Part shown: positions 8,316 through 20,862 of the stretch, one piece after another
Position numbering within the stretch: the first letter of the stretch is position 1
How the letters are laid out: every line of letters begins with the position of its first letter
Assembly (NCBI GenBank): GCA_031459235.1
Contig: JAVKIY010000007.1
Coordinates: 200-64,199, forward strand
DNA length: 64,000 bases
Reading direction: 5' to 3'
Source of the DNA: Candidatus Fervidifonticultor tertius
GTDB lineage: Bacteria; Sysuimicrobiota; Sysuimicrobiia; Sysuimicrobiales; Humicultoraceae
The notes under the pieces: model-generated
Seen by the model: only the letters and a program-made list of their open reading frames with translations
The model's database searches: none
What the model was told of the DNA's origin: nothing
Program-made: the position numbers and the translations under genes

Positions 8316-9115
8316 CGTTGGCACTTTGGGCACCAGAATGCGGGCCGGCCCCCCACGCGCCCGGTAGCGATCCTGGTCCCGCACACGCGGCACGGCTGTC
8401 CGCCGCGGCCGTAGACCGCCGGGCGGAAGCGGCCCCGACGTCCGGTCGCATCGATAAACTCGGGCTCGCCGCCCGCCCGGATGCCGCGCCGCAGCACGGA
8501 GCGCGTCGCCTGGTGCAGGCGTTTCCACTGCTCCTCCGAGAGGGTCTGGACCGCCCGGCCGGGCCGCAGGCCGGCCGCGAACAGGACCTCCAGCGCCCAC
8601 AGGTTGCCGATGCCGGCCAGACGGGACTGGTCGGTGAGCATGTTCCGTATGGCGCCGCGTCCGGACAGACGCTCGCGGAAGCGCGCCAGGGTCAGCGACG
8701 GGTCGAGCGGGTCCGGCCCGAGGCTGGCCAGTGCCGGCATGCTGGCCAGCGCCGCGGTCCGGTACAAGTTGAGGTTGCTGAGCTGCAGCTCCCGGAACTC
8801 CACCACCTTGCCGTCGTCAAGCGCCAGCAGCGCGGCGGTCGAGGCGTCGGGCACGACCGCCCCGCGCACGAGCACGACGCCCCACAACGCGTAGTGAAAC
8901 GCCAGCGTCCAACCGCCGCTGAGGTGGACGAGCAGCGTCTTGCCCCGCCGGTCCACGCCAAAGACGTGCCGGCCTGCGACGACCCGGGCAGCCTCGGCCG
9001 GCGTGTGCGAGCGCATGGCCTCGGGCCGACGGACGTCCAGGCGCTCGATGCGTCGGCCGGTCACCAGCGGGCCCAGCGTCAGGCGCGCGGTCTCGACCTC
9101 GGGGAGTTCAGGCAT
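8312..9115 (-). CDS. mutM: Formamidopyrimidine-DNA glycosylase (Fpg/Nei family)
   Basis: Starts MPELPEVE. C-terminal zinc finger CRVCGTRI...WCPKCQ. Confidence 0.9.
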   Translation of the reverse strand: MPELPEVETARLTLGPLVTGRRIERLDVRRPEAMRSHTPAEAARVVAGRHVFGVDRRGKTLLVHLSGGWTLAFHYALWGVVLVRGAVVPDASTAALLALDDGKVVEFRELQLSNLNLYRTAALASMPALASLGPDPLDPSLTLARFRERLSGRGAIRNMLTDQSRLAGIGNLWALEVLFAAGLRPGRAVQTLSEEQWKRLHQATRSVLRRGIRAGGEPEFIDATGRRGRFRPAVYGRGGQPCRVCGTRIATGRVGGRPAFWCPKCQR

Positions 9116-10457
9116 GCTGGGCCTCGGACTCGCGCCGCCGCCGCAGCACCAGCCGCAGGGGCACACCCGTCAGGTCCACCTGGGAACGGATCGCCCGCTC
9201 CAGGTAGCGCCGGTAGGTGTCGGGCATGCGCGAGGGCTCGTTGACGAACAGGACGATCGTCGGCGGCGCGGCCTCGGGCTGGGTGGCGTAGTAGAGGCGC
9301 AGCCGCCGGCCCGCGGCGTCCGCCGGCGGCGGCTGCGCGGCCACGGCCTCGCCCACGATGCGGTTCAGAACCCCGGTGCCGATACGTGACCGGTGGTTGG
9401 CCGCCACCCGGTCCACGGTGTCGAACAGCGCCTCCACGCCCCAGCCGCGCGCGGCCGAGAGCCGCACCAGCGGTGCGTAGTCGATGAACCGGAGCGCGGC
9501 GCGCGCGGCCTGCTCGCGCTGTCGGTCCGGGCGTGGCTGGGCCGCCACCAGGTCCCACTTGTTCATCGCCACCACGACCCCACACCCGGCCTCGGCGGCT
9601 TCGGCGGCGATGCGCTGGTCCTGGTCGGCCACGGGTACGCTCGCGTCGAGGACCACAACCGCAACGTCGGCGCGTTCGATCGCGCGCCGGGTGCGCGCCG
9701 CGCTGTACGCCTCGACGGGATGACCGACGCGCGCGCGCCGCCGCAGCCCGGCGGTGTCGATGAGCAGGTAGCGGCGCCCGCCCCGCTCGCAGAGCGTGTC
9801 CACCGCATCGCGCGTGGTGCCAGGTGCGGCGTCCACGATCACCCGCTCCTCGCCGAGCATGGTGTTCACGAGCGACGACTTTCCCACGTTGGGCCGGCCG
9901 ACGACGGCCACGGCCACCGGCCGCTCGGCCGGCGGGGCCGTTTCCACGTCGGGCAGCAGGGCCACGATGGCGTCCAGCAGGTCGCCGGTGGCCCGGCCGT
10001 GCGTGGCCGAAACGGCGATGGGATCGCCCAGACCCAGACTGTAGAACTCGTGGGCGGCACTCTCCTGCGAGGGATGGTCCACCTTGTTCGCGACGAGCAG
10101 CACCGGGAGACGGGCCTCCCGCAGCCGCTGCGCGATCTCGCGATCTTCGGGGACGACCCCCTGCCGGGCGTCCACGACCAGCACGGCCAGATCGGCCTGC
10201 TCGATCGCGGCTTCGGCCTGGGCCCGGACGCGGGCGTCGATGGGCTCATCAGAGGTTGAGCGCAGTCCGCCGGTATCCACCAGCGCGAACCGGCGGCCCT
10301 GCCAGTCGGTTTCGGCGTAGAGCCGGTCGCGCGTGACCCCCGGGGTGTCCTCGACGATGGCCAGGCGCTGGCCGACGAGCCGGTTGAACAGGGCGGACTT
10401 GCCGACGTTGGGCCGGCCGACGATGGCGACGACCGGGAGGCCGGCCCGGGCGCTCAC
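9108..10457 (-). CDS. der: Ribosome-associated GTPase Der (EngA), two GTPase domains
   Basis: GRPNVGKSALFNRL and a second GRPNVGKSSLVNTM P-loop, plus a KH-like C-terminus. The GTG at 10457 overlaps the ispH TGA (GTGA). Confidence 0.92.
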   Translation of the reverse strand: MSARAGLPVVAIVGRPNVGKSALFNRLVGQRLAIVEDTPGVTRDRLYAETDWQGRRFALVDTGGLRSTSDEPIDARVRAQAEAAIEQADLAVLVVDARQGVVPEDREIAQRLREARLPVLLVANKVDHPSQESAAHEFYSLGLGDPIAVSATHGRATGDLLDAIVALLPDVETAPPAERPVAVAVVGRPNVGKSSLVNTMLGEERVIVDAAPGTTRDAVDTLCERGGRRYLLIDTAGLRRRARVGHPVEAYSAARTRRAIERADVAVVVLDASVPVADQDQRIAAEAAEAGCGVVVAMNKWDLVAAQPRPDRQREQAARAALRFIDYAPLVRLSAARGWGVEALFDTVDRVAANHRSRIGTGVLNRIVGEAVAAQPPPADAAGRRLRLYYATQPEAAPPTIVLFVNEPSRMPDTYRRYLERAIRSQVDLTGVPLRLVLRRRRESEAQHA

Positions 10458-11326
10458 GACGTCCGGCTGGCGGCGGGTGCCTCCATGGCGGCGCCGATCT
10501 CCTCGAGCCGGCCGACAACCTCGGCGATGATCCAGTTCGGCGTCGAGGCGCCCGACATCACGCCCACCGAGCGGACCCCGGCGAACCACTCGGGTCGGAG
10601 CTCGGCGGCCACCTCGACGTGAAAGGTGGGCAGGGCGTGTGCGCGGCCGATCTCGGCCAGGCGCGTCGTGTTGCTGCTGCCGTGCCCGCCGACGACCACC
10701 AGCGCGTCCACGCGCTCCACCAGCACGTCGGCTTCCTCCTGGCGAACGGTGATCGCCGGGCACAGCGTGTTGACGACCTTGAGCTCCTTGACCCGCAGCG
10801 CGATGTCGCCGACGATCTCGCGGAAGTTCTGGAGCGACTGTGTGGTCTGCGAGATGACGCCGATCTTGCCGCGCAGCTTCAGCGCGGCGGCCTCCTCGCG
10901 CGTGTGGACGACAGTGACGCGATCGCCCAGGGCCTCCTTCAGCGTGACCATCTCGGGGTGCCCGTGGTCGCCCACGGCGATGAGCTGGTAGCCTTCCTCG
11001 ACGAGTTTGTGGGCGAGCGAGTGGGAACGTGTCACCACCGGGCAGGTCGCGTCGATCACCTTCATGCCGCGGGCGGCCGCGGCGTCGAGGACCGCGTGCT
11101 CGACCCCGTAAGCCGAGACCACGAACGCTTCACCCCGCAGCCCGTCCAGTGCCTCGGTCACCGCGACCCCGGCGTCTTCGAGCCGGCCGACCACCTGGGG
11201 GTTGTGGATGAGCGGGCCCCAGGTCTGGACGCCGCCGGGGTGCGCGCGCGCCGCGGCCTCCGCCATCTCCACGGCGCGGCGGACGCCGCCGCAGAACCCC
11301 TGGTGCCTGGCCATAATGATCTCCAC
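10454..11326 (-). CDS. ispH: 4-hydroxy-3-methylbut-2-enyl diphosphate reductase
   Basis: VEIIMARHQGFCGGVRRAV..., HNPQVV, and conserved Cys residues. The GTG at 11326 gives about 290 aa. Confidence 0.88.
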   Translation of the reverse strand: MEIIMARHQGFCGGVRRAVEMAEAAARAHPGGVQTWGPLIHNPQVVGRLEDAGVAVTEALDGLRGEAFVVSAYGVEHAVLDAAAARGMKVIDATCPVVTRSHSLAHKLVEEGYQLIAVGDHGHPEMVTLKEALGDRVTVVHTREEAAALKLRGKIGVISQTTQSLQNFREIVGDIALRVKELKVVNTLCPAITVRQEEADVLVERVDALVVVGGHGSSNTTRLAEIGRAHALPTFHVEVAAELRPEWFAGVRSVGVMSGASTPNWIIAEVVGRLEEIGAAMEAPAASRTS

Positions 11327-11479
11327 GAGCGACCCCCCGGCGAGCTTCCGAGCCTGAGGATAGCACAGGCCCCGGGGGGCCACAACGAACCGTCGGGCCG
11401 CGACCCGAGGACCACGCCGAGGCCGCGGCGTATGCTGGAGGTGGCCGCCGCGCCAGCGGCGCGCTGGGAGGGATCGGCG

Positions 11480-13155
11480 ATGCGCACGACCGCCCGCGAC
11501 GACGTGCTCGGGGCGCTGGCCCGGGGCGTGGACGTGCTGGTGATCGGCGGCGGGATCACCGGCGCCGGGGTCGCGCTGGACGCGGCGACGCGCGGGTTCC
11601 GCGTGGGGCTCGTCGAGCGGGCGGACTTCGCGAGCGGCACGAGCAGCCGGTCTACCAAGCTGGTCCACGGTGGCATCCGCTACCTACCGCAGGGACACGT
11701 CGCGCTGGTCCGCGAGGGGCTGCGCGAGCGCACCCGTCTGTTCCGTCTGGCGCCCTCGCTCGTGCGGCCCCAGCCGTTCGTCGTCCCGCTGTACGAGGAC
11801 ACACGCCGGCCCCTGGGGGTCCGTCTCCCGGGCGTCATACGGCCGCTGGCGCCGCTTGGCATCCGCGCCGGGCTGTTCGCCTACGATCTTCTCGCCGGGC
11901 AACCGGACCTCCGGCACCGGGCGCTGTCGCGCGTGGCCATCGAGGAGCGGCTCCCAAACCTGCGCACCGACGGTCTGCGGGCCGCCCTGGTGTACTACGA
12001 CGGGCGGACCGACGATGTACGACTGACGCACGCGGTGCTGGCCGCGGCGCGCGCGCACGGCGCGGTTGCCGCCAACTACGCCGCGGTCACGGGGCTGCTG
12101 CGCACGGGCGGGACGGTCGGCGGAGCGGTCGTCGAGGACCGCCTGCGTGGCGGCACGCTCACCGTGCCCGCCCGCTTCGTCGTCAACGCCACGGGCGCGT
12201 GGGGCGAGCAAGTGGCTGCGCTCGACGCACCTCCGCCCTTCCGCATCCGGCACAGCAAGGGGACCCACCTGGTCTTGCGGGACGGGGCCGTGCGGACGGA
12301 GACCGCGCTCGTCATCCCCGAGACCGACGACGGCCGGCTGGCGTTCATCGTGCCGTGGGCCGGGCGGCCGCTGCTCGGGACGACCGACGACGCCTACGAC
12401 GGTGACCTGGCGGCGCCACGTGCGACGCCAGCCGACGTTGACTACCTGCTCGCGCACGCGAACCGCTATCTGCGATGGCCGCTCGATCGGCGCGATGTAA
12501 CCGCGGCGTGGGCGGGCATCCGCCCGCTGATCTCGGCAGCCGGCGGCAGTACCGCCGCGCTGGCCCGGGACCACATGGTCTCGGTCTCGCCCGGCGGCGT
12601 AGTCAGCATCGTCGGCGGGAAGCTCACGAGCTACCGCAAGATGGCCGAAGACGCAGTGGACGCGGTCGTGGCGCGCGACGGCGGTGGCCGGCCCTGCCGG
12701 ACCGCCGACCTGGTGCTCGACGACACGGCCCGGGCCGAGGCGGCGCGCGCCGCGCTGGCGGCCGCCGGGGTGCCCGCGGCGACCGTCGCTCACCTGCTCG
12801 AGTGGTACGGCGGCGCGGCGCTCGCGCTGGCCGAGCTGATCCGCGCAGAGCCCGCGCTGGGACGGCCGCTCCACCCGGCGACGCCCGCGGTGGCTGCGGA
12901 GGTCGTCTATGCCTGTCGGGTCGAGATGGCCGCGAATCTCAGCGACATGATGTTCCTGCGCGTCAGACTCGCGGCGATCGACGTGGACGCCGCGGCGCAC
13001 GCTGTGGGGGGGGTTACGGCCCTGATGAGCCGCGAACTTGGCTGGGACCCCCCGGAGACTACCCGACAGCGAGAGGCGTTCGAGGCCGCGCTCGCGCGCG
13101 AGTCCGGGTGGGTCGCGCCCCCCTCGCCGGCTGATCCCGGCAGGCCGCGGACTGC

Positions 13156-13165
<10 letters not shown>
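11480..13165 (+). CDS. glpD: FAD-dependent glycerol-3-phosphate dehydrogenase/oxidase
   Basis: DVLVIGGGITGAGVALDAATRGFRVGLVERADFASGTSSRSTKLVHGGIRYL. GGGAGG lies 8 nt upstream of the ATG at 11480. Confidence 0.9.
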
Positions 13166-13911
<746 letters not shown>

Positions 13912-13918
13912 GCGCGCC

Positions 13919-14734
13919 TCATGCCGGGAGGAGCTGGTCCAGCCGATCGAGCACGAAGTCGGGCGCCGGGTCGGCGGCCTCCGCCGCCAGGGCCGTGGTC
14001 ACGCCGGTCAGCACGAGCGCGGTGACCATACCGGCCGCGCGGCCCATGGCCACGTCGGTCTCCAGGCGGTCGCCGACCATCAGGCTGTCGGGCGGTGGCG
14101 TGCCCAGGCGCTCGAGCAGCGCCGCGCCCATGATCGGCGAGGGCTTGCCCACGACCTCGTCCACCCGATGCCCGGTGGCGGCCTCGACCGCGGCCACGAT
14201 CGCCCCGCAGTCCGGCAGGCCGCCCTCGGGGGTCGGGCAGTACGCGTCGCGGTTGGTTGCCACGAACCTGGCGCCCGCGCGGATCGCGTCGAACGCGATC
14301 TGGAGCTTGCGGTAGTCGAACGTGCGGTCGAAGCAGGCCACGACGATGTCCACCTCCGCCGCCCGGTCCACCAGCCGGAACCCGGCCTCGGCGAGCTCCC
14401 GTTGCGCCGACGGCTCGCCGATCACGAACAGGCGCGCGCCGGGCGCCGTGCGTTGCAGGTGGCGCACCAGGACCCACGAGGAGTTGACCACGTCTTCGGG
14501 CGGCGTCGGAATGCCCAGCCGCGTGAGCTTGGCCGCGTAGTCCGCCCGGGTGTGCAGCGGATTGTTCGACAGGAACACCACGGGTCGGCCGCGGAGGCGG
14601 AGCGCGGCCACCGTCTCGGCGGCACCGGGCAACAGCGCCTCGCCGAGGTACGTCGTTCCGTCGAGGTCCAGCGCGTAGCCGGCGAACCACCGGTCGGGCC
14701 GGCGGCGGCCGGCCGCCCTAGCCGCCGCCGCCAA
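13919..14734 (-). CDS. HAD-IIA family phosphatase (NagD-like)
   Basis: YALDLDGT...VVFLSNN...MVGDRLETD motifs. TTG start at 14734 with GGGAGG 5 nt upstream. Confidence 0.8.
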   Translation of the reverse strand: MAAAARAAGRRRPDRWFAGYALDLDGTTYLGEALLPGAAETVAALRLRGRPVVFLSNNPLHTRADYAAKLTRLGIPTPPEDVVNSSWVLVRHLQRTAPGARLFVIGEPSAQRELAEAGFRLVDRAAEVDIVVACFDRTFDYRKLQIAFDAIRAGARFVATNRDAYCPTPEGGLPDCGAIVAAVEAATGHRVDEVVGKPSPIMGAALLERLGTPPPDSLMVGDRLETDVAMGRAAGMVTALVLTGVTTALAAEAADPAPDFVLDRLDQLLPA

Positions 14735-16438
14735 AGAACCCTCCCATGCGCGCGCCGGTGAGCCGGTAGACCGCGAACAGCGTGACGGCGCAGAGCAGGA
14801 TCAGTACGAAGCCGAGCGCGGCCGCCTGACCGATGGTGCCCGAGGTGTAGTACGTGAAGATGCCGATCGTCATCGTCTCCCACCCGGGTAGGAACAGCAG
14901 GATGGTGGCCGCGGCTTCCTGTAGCGCGAACATCAGCGAGAACAGCGCGCCGGCGAGCACGCCGCGCCAGATCAACGGCAGCGTGATGTCCAGGACGACC
15001 CGGACCCCCGAGGCCCCCACGCTTGCCGCGGACTCCTCCATCGAACGGTGCAGCCCGAGCAGGGACGCGTACGTCGCGCGCACCGTATAGGGCATCCGGC
15101 GGATGGCCAGCACCAGCGGCATGATCAGCCACAACCGGCTCAGGACCAGGCCGAAGGGCGGCAGCGGGAAGTGAAACGCGCGGATGTAGGCGATCCCGAT
15201 TGCGGTGCCGGGGAGCGCCAGCACGAGCGTGACGATCGCGTCCAGCGCGCCGCGCCCGGGAAGCGTCGTGCGCGCCAGAATCCACCCGAGCGGGGTGCCC
15301 ACCGCGAGAATGATCGCGACCGCGAGCGCGCTCCATCGCAAGGTGTTGATGACGTAGATCGGCGTCAGGTGCAGGACCGCGTCCAGGTGGGCCAGGGTAA
15401 AGCGCGTCGGGAACGGCGTGAGCGACCAAGCCCGCCCGAAGGCCGCGAGCGTCACGCCGAGGTACGGTAGGAACGCGAGCGTGAGCACGGCGACGAAGAA
15501 CGCGGGGGCGAGCACGCGCGGTAGCCCGCGCAGCGGCCTGCGCTCCACGGCACGATACGACAGCACGGCGTACTCCCGGAGCGCCACGATCCGACGCGCG
15601 ATGACCAGGAAGACGATGGCCATCGCGGCCATCAGCGCGCCGATCACGATACCCATCTTGAACAGGCGCCGGTCCACGAACTGCACGATGTTCAGGTAGG
15701 CCTGCGACGAGATCAGGTCCTGGAGGCCGACCACCAGCGGCGTGGCGAAGTCGGCGAACGCCAGAATGAAGACGAGGGTCGCCCCCGAAACGAACCCGGG
15801 GGTCACGAGGGGGATCACGATGTCCCGGATCCGCCGCAGGCCGCGCGACCCGACGGCCTCCGCCGCCTCCTCGAGCGAGGCGTCCAGCCGGCTCAGCCCG
15901 TCCACGACGTTGAGCGTGACCAGCGGGAAGTAGTGGAGCACCATGGCGAGCAAGACGCCGTGCCAGCCGTAGATGAAGTTGACCGGGCGCGCGAAGCCGA
16001 AATAGTCTTGGAGCAGCACGTTGACCGTGCCCGCGCGGCCGAGCACGAACACCAGGCCCATGATGCCGACCAGCGGCGGCATGATGATCGGGAGCATGGT
16101 CAGGTACCCGAAGACGCCGCGGCCCGGAAAGTCATACCGCACGAGCAAAAACGCCGCCAGGAACCCCAGGACCGCGCATCCCGCGACCGTCCCCCCGGCC
16201 ACGATCAGCGAGTTGAGAAGCGCGCGGCGGTAGAACCGGTCGCCGGCGAAGTCGCGCAGGAACGCCAGCGTGAACTCGCCGGCTTCCGTGGTCAGGGCGT
16301 CGGCGAACAGCCGGTACAGCGGGAACAGGATGAAGAGCGCGAGGAAACCGTAGACCGGCAGGGCCCACACCAGGCCCGGGACGCGCACGCGGCGCACGGC
16401 CATCGGCGCCCGGGCCGCGGCCGCCACGGCAGGCGGCG

Positions 16439-16442
<4 letters not shown>
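14718..16442 (-). CDS. Fused two-domain ABC transporter permease (FbpB/ThiP-like)
   Basis: 574 aa with two tandem 6-TM permease halves. The GTG at 16442 overlaps the ATPase TGA. Confidence 0.85.
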
Positions 16443-17518
<1,076 letters not shown>

Positions 17519-17539
17519 GCCGTGGTCACGCTCCTGCGC

Positions 17540-17570
17540 GGGGAGGGACGCCTGGGCAGCGTCCCTCCCC
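17540..17570 (-). repeat. Perfect 12-bp GGGGAGGGACGC hairpin immediately after the SBP gene
   Basis: GGGGAGGGACGC ctgggca GCGTCCCTCCCC in the 81-nt SBP-ATPase spacer. Likely an intercistronic stabiliser or partial terminator. Confidence 0.5.
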
Positions 17571-17599
17571 CGTTACACGACCGGCGCCGCGCGCGGCCG

Positions 17600-18742
17600 C
17601 TACTGGCAGTGCAACCGCTTCAGTTCGTTGTGACGCTCGAGGACGAGCTTGCGGAATGTGTCGTTGACCAGGCTGTAGCGCTGCTGCGCCACCGCGTCGT
17701 CGTAGATGTTCTGTAGCGGTCGGTCGAAGAACGACCGTGCGCCAGCGAACTCGGCCATACGCTCGAGCGCCGAGCCCCGCGGGCCCTCCATACGGTACTT
17801 CGGCGTGATCGCGTACTGACCGCGCGCCATGATCGTCCGCTGGCCCTCCTCGCTCAGGATGAACTGAATGAACGCGCGCGCCGTACGCGCGTTCCTCGCG
17901 TTGGCGATGACCGCGAGCGGCTCCGGGGTCACGAAGCCCGCGGTCGGGGTGACGTACTTCAGGTCGTGGCCGTCGAGCAGGTCCTCGAAGGCCATGTACG
18001 CCGGCACGGCAAACCCGGCCGCGAACTCCCCCTTGGCCACCACGGTTGGCACGTCGCGGCTGCGGGCGACGAAGATGCCCGTGTTGGCGCCGAGCCGCTG
18101 CGCCCACTCCCAGCCCCGCTGCCAGCCGAGCCGCTGGAGGATGACCTCGTAGGAGGCGTGGTTGGAGCTGGACCGGTCCGGGGTGGCCTGCGAGATCTGA
18201 CCCTTCAGCCGACAGTCGAGCAGGTCGTCCCAGTCGCGGATCGCCTCCATGCCGAGCCGCCGGAGCAGGCGGGGGTGCCAGGTGACGCCATAGGGGGTCA
18301 GGCAGCACCCGACCCAGAAGTTCCGGGGATCCTTGAGCGCGATCGGCTTCGGCGTGCCGATCGACGCCGGGATCTCGCGCATGACGGCCTCGGGCAGCTC
18401 GAGCGGCGCCAGCAGCCGGCGCTCGGCCAGGTCGTCGAACAGCGCGGGCTCCCCACCCCAGAAGACGTCGGCCTCCGGCCGCCCGCCCCACTCGCGGATG
18501 CGGCCGTACGCCACGGGCGTGCCGGCTGAGACCACCGTGGCGTTGACGCTCACCCCGAACTGGCGCTGCGCGAACGTCCGGAACGCGGCCACCGCGGGGT
18601 CGGCCACGGTGCGGGCAACCGGCGTGATGATCACGAGCCGGTCCTCGATCGCGGGCTGCGCGCCCAGCCGTACGGCCGGCATCACCGCGAGCGTCACCGC
18701 GATGAGCACGGCAACGCCCCATAGCCTCTGTCGTGGCATCAT
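17600..18742 (-). CDS. ABC transporter substrate-binding protein (family 1, Fbp-like)
   Basis: Signal peptide MMPRQRLWGVAVLIAVTLAVMPAVRLGAQ. GGAGGG upstream of the ATGATG at 18742. The long N-terminal extension of the listed ORF is unlikely to be translated. Confidence 0.8.
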   Translation of the reverse strand: MMPRQRLWGVAVLIAVTLAVMPAVRLGAQPAIEDRLVIITPVARTVADPAVAAFRTFAQRQFGVSVNATVVSAGTPVAYGRIREWGGRPEADVFWGGEPALFDDLAERRLLAPLELPEAVMREIPASIGTPKPIALKDPRNFWVGCCLTPYGVTWHPRLLRRLGMEAIRDWDDLLDCRLKGQISQATPDRSSSNHASYEVILQRLGWQRGWEWAQRLGANTGIFVARSRDVPTVVAKGEFAAGFAVPAYMAFEDLLDGHDLKYVTPTAGFVTPEPLAVIANARNARTARAFIQFILSEEGQRTIMARGQYAITPKYRMEGPRGSALERMAEFAGARSFFDRPLQNIYDDAVAQQRYSLVNDTFRKLVLERHNELKRLHCQ

Positions 18743-18906
18743 CGGCGTCCCTCCTTCAGACTGTGCAGGTTCCGAACACGACAAGACCCCGCCACAGCGG
18801 CGTCCGGCCCGGCTGCAACGGGGCTCCTCTGCCATGCGCACCCCATGGGTCTGTGGTCGTCTCGTCTTCCCCGGTGAGGTTCGCCGCCTTCCCGACCCAT
18901 CCCTGG

Positions 18907-19272
18907 TCAGCGGATCCGACCCACGCCCAGCAGGCGGGCGACGTGGCCCAGCAGCGCACCCTCGTTGAGGCCGGTTAGCACGGCGCCGCCCACCAGGAAG
19001 ACCGGATAGCGCCGCGGCCGGTACCGCAAGACCCGAACGATCCACGCCCAGGAGAGGGGCTCGATCAGGTAGACCTCCACCCGGCTGCCGAACTCGCAGT
19101 GGAGCCGGTCCAGCAGGTCGAGCACGCGGTAGGCCTCCTCCCCGCCGACGTCACCCGGCCGGGGCCGGCGGGATCGGGCCTCCGCGGCCAGGCGCGGCAG
19201 GCCGAGGCCGGCGAGGCCGGGCGCGAGGACTTCGACCACCAGGCGACGGGAGGGCGCACTCAGCACGGCCAC
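18907..19272 (-). CDS. Hypothetical small protein
   Basis: Coding-like third-position GC bias. The architecture is loosely YuzD/thioredoxin-like but without the Cys pair (APGLAGLG). Start is uncertain. Confidence 0.35.
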   Translation of the reverse strand: MAVLSAPSRRLVVEVLAPGLAGLGLPRLAAEARSRRPRPGDVGGEEAYRVLDLLDRLHCEFGSRVEVYLIEPLSWAWIVRVLRYRPRRYPVFLVGGAVLTGLNEGALLGHVARLLGVGRIR

Positions 19273-19351
19273 GCGTGAGTAGTCCGCGCCAAGGCGGCGC
19301 AACTCCTGCCCGGGGCAGGACTCATCCCGCGGCCTCCGAACAGCACGCACT

Positions 19352-20224
19352 GTGCGCGTGTGCGCCGTCGTCAATCCCACCTCCGGCGGCAACCGGGGCC
19401 TGCGGCACTGGCAGCAGGCCCGGCCCATCCTGCGCGAGGCCGGCTGGCAAATCACCGAGCGCGTCTCCGAACGACGCGGACATGCGGTCGAGCTGGCCGC
19501 GGCCGCCGAGGCACCGCTCGTCCTCGCGGTCGGTGGCGACGGCACGGCCCACGAGGTGGCCAACGGCATCCTGAGCAGCCGCCGTGGGGCCTCGCTCGCC
19601 GTGCTCCCGGTCGGCACGGGCAACGACTTCGCCCGCGCCCTGGGTCTGCCGCGCGACCCCGTGGCCGCGGCAGGCGCGCTGGCGTCTGGCCGGCCGCGCC
19701 GCATCGATGTCGGGGAGGTCAACGGCCGCTACTTCCTCACGATCGCGGGCGCCGGCTTCGACGGTGAGGTGGCGCGGCTGGTCAACGCCTGGCCCAAGCT
19801 CCTCGGCGGTGTCGTCATGTACGCGCTCGGCATCCTGAAGATGCTGGTCACCTATCGTCCCGTGGAGGTGCGCATCACCATCGACGGCACCCCCCAGGAG
19901 GACCGCCTGTTCCTGATCGCGGTCGGCAACACGGCCTGGAACGCCGGCGGGATGTGGCTGGTGCCCGCGGCCCGGCCGGACGACGGCCTCCTGCACGCGG
20001 TGATCGCCGGACCGCTGTCCAGGCTGGAGACGCTCGCGGTCCTGCCCCGGGTCTTCTCAGGCGGGCATCTGGGCCACCGCAAGGTCCGTCAGGCAACCGC
20101 GCGCGCGATCACCGTCGAGGGCCCGCCGCTCGCGGTGCAGGCCGACGGCGAGCCCGTGGGGACGCTGCCGGCGCGCTTCGCGGTGCGGCCGCAGGCGCTC
20201 ACGGTTCTCGCGCCGCTCGCCTAA
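19352..20224 (+). CDS. Diacylglycerol/lipid kinase family protein (YegS/DagK-like)
   Basis: VNPTSGG...VLAVGGDGTAHEVANG...PVGTGNDFARALG. Confidence 0.88.
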   Translation: MRVCAVVNPTSGGNRGLRHWQQARPILREAGWQITERVSERRGHAVELAAAAEAPLVLAVGGDGTAHEVANGILSSRRGASLAVLPVGTGNDFARALGLPRDPVAAAGALASGRPRRIDVGEVNGRYFLTIAGAGFDGEVARLVNAWPKLLGGVVMYALGILKMLVTYRPVEVRITIDGTPQEDRLFLIAVGNTAWNAGGMWLVPAARPDDGLLHAVIAGPLSRLETLAVLPRVFSGGHLGHRKVRQATARAITVEGPPLAVQADGEPVGTLPARFAVRPQALTVLAPLA

Positions 20225-20862
20225 GCGAGCGGTCGCTGGTCGTCGGGCAGCAGCGCGGCCAGGGCGTCGCGCAGCAGCGCGCCCCAGCGCTCCACGGTTT
20301 CCCGGTCGATGCGGTCACCCAGCCTCGGCACCTCGATCGGTGGCCCGACCCGCGCGACGACGGGGATGCGCCTAGGGAAGCGCGCGCCGCGCGGCATGGC
20401 CCGATGCCCGCCGATGATCGCGATGGGGAGCACGGGCGCGCCCGCCCGCAGCGCAAGCAGCGCGGCGCCGGGCTGGACGGGCTGCAGGCGCCCGTCCGGG
20501 CTCCGTGTTCCCTCGGGGAACATCAGCACGACATCGCCCTGCGCGAGGAACTCCTGGGCCATCCGGAGCGCGCGGCGGTCGGCCTCGCCGCGCCTGACCG
20601 GGAAGGCGCCGCCCGAGCGCAGGAACGGGCCGATCAGGGGGATGCGGAGCAGTTCCTCCTTGGCCATGATCCGCGCGGGCCGCAGCAGGGCCAGGCCCGC
20701 GATCGGCGGGTCCACCGCGCTCGTGTGGTTGGCGATGGCGAGCACCCCTCCGGTGCGCGGGAGCCGTTCGGCACCCTCGATCCGCAACCGGAAAAAGAAC
20801 CAGGCGATGGTGCCGAACAGCGCGCGAAGGAACAGGTAGTAGGCGCGCGAGCGGAAGATCAC
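20221..20862 (-). CDS. plsC: 1-acyl-sn-glycerol-3-phosphate acyltransferase
   Basis: IANHTSAVDP (HX4D-type box) and FPEGTRS motif. Confidence 0.88.
   Translation of the reverse strand: MIFRSRAYYLFLRALFGTIAWFFFRLRIEGAERLPRTGGVLAIANHTSAVDPPIAGLALLRPARIMAKEELLRIPLIGPFLRSGGAFPVRRGEADRRALRMAQEFLAQGDVVLMFPEGTRSPDGRLQPVQPGAALLALRAGAPVLPIAIIGGHRAMPRGARFPRRIPVVARVGPPIEVPRLGDRIDRETVERWGALLRDALAALLPDDQRPLA

Noticed and set aside
18743-18906. TPP (thi-box) riboswitch upstream of the ThiB/FbpA-like binding protein. GGGGUGC, GAACCUG and AGGAGGGA resemble pieces of the TPP consensus.
   Set aside because: The CUGAGA pyrimidine-sensor element is absent (it reads GGCAGAGG). The P3 helix is missing. The segment between ACCUG and AGGGA is too short to form the P4/P5 pyrophosphate-sensor helix.
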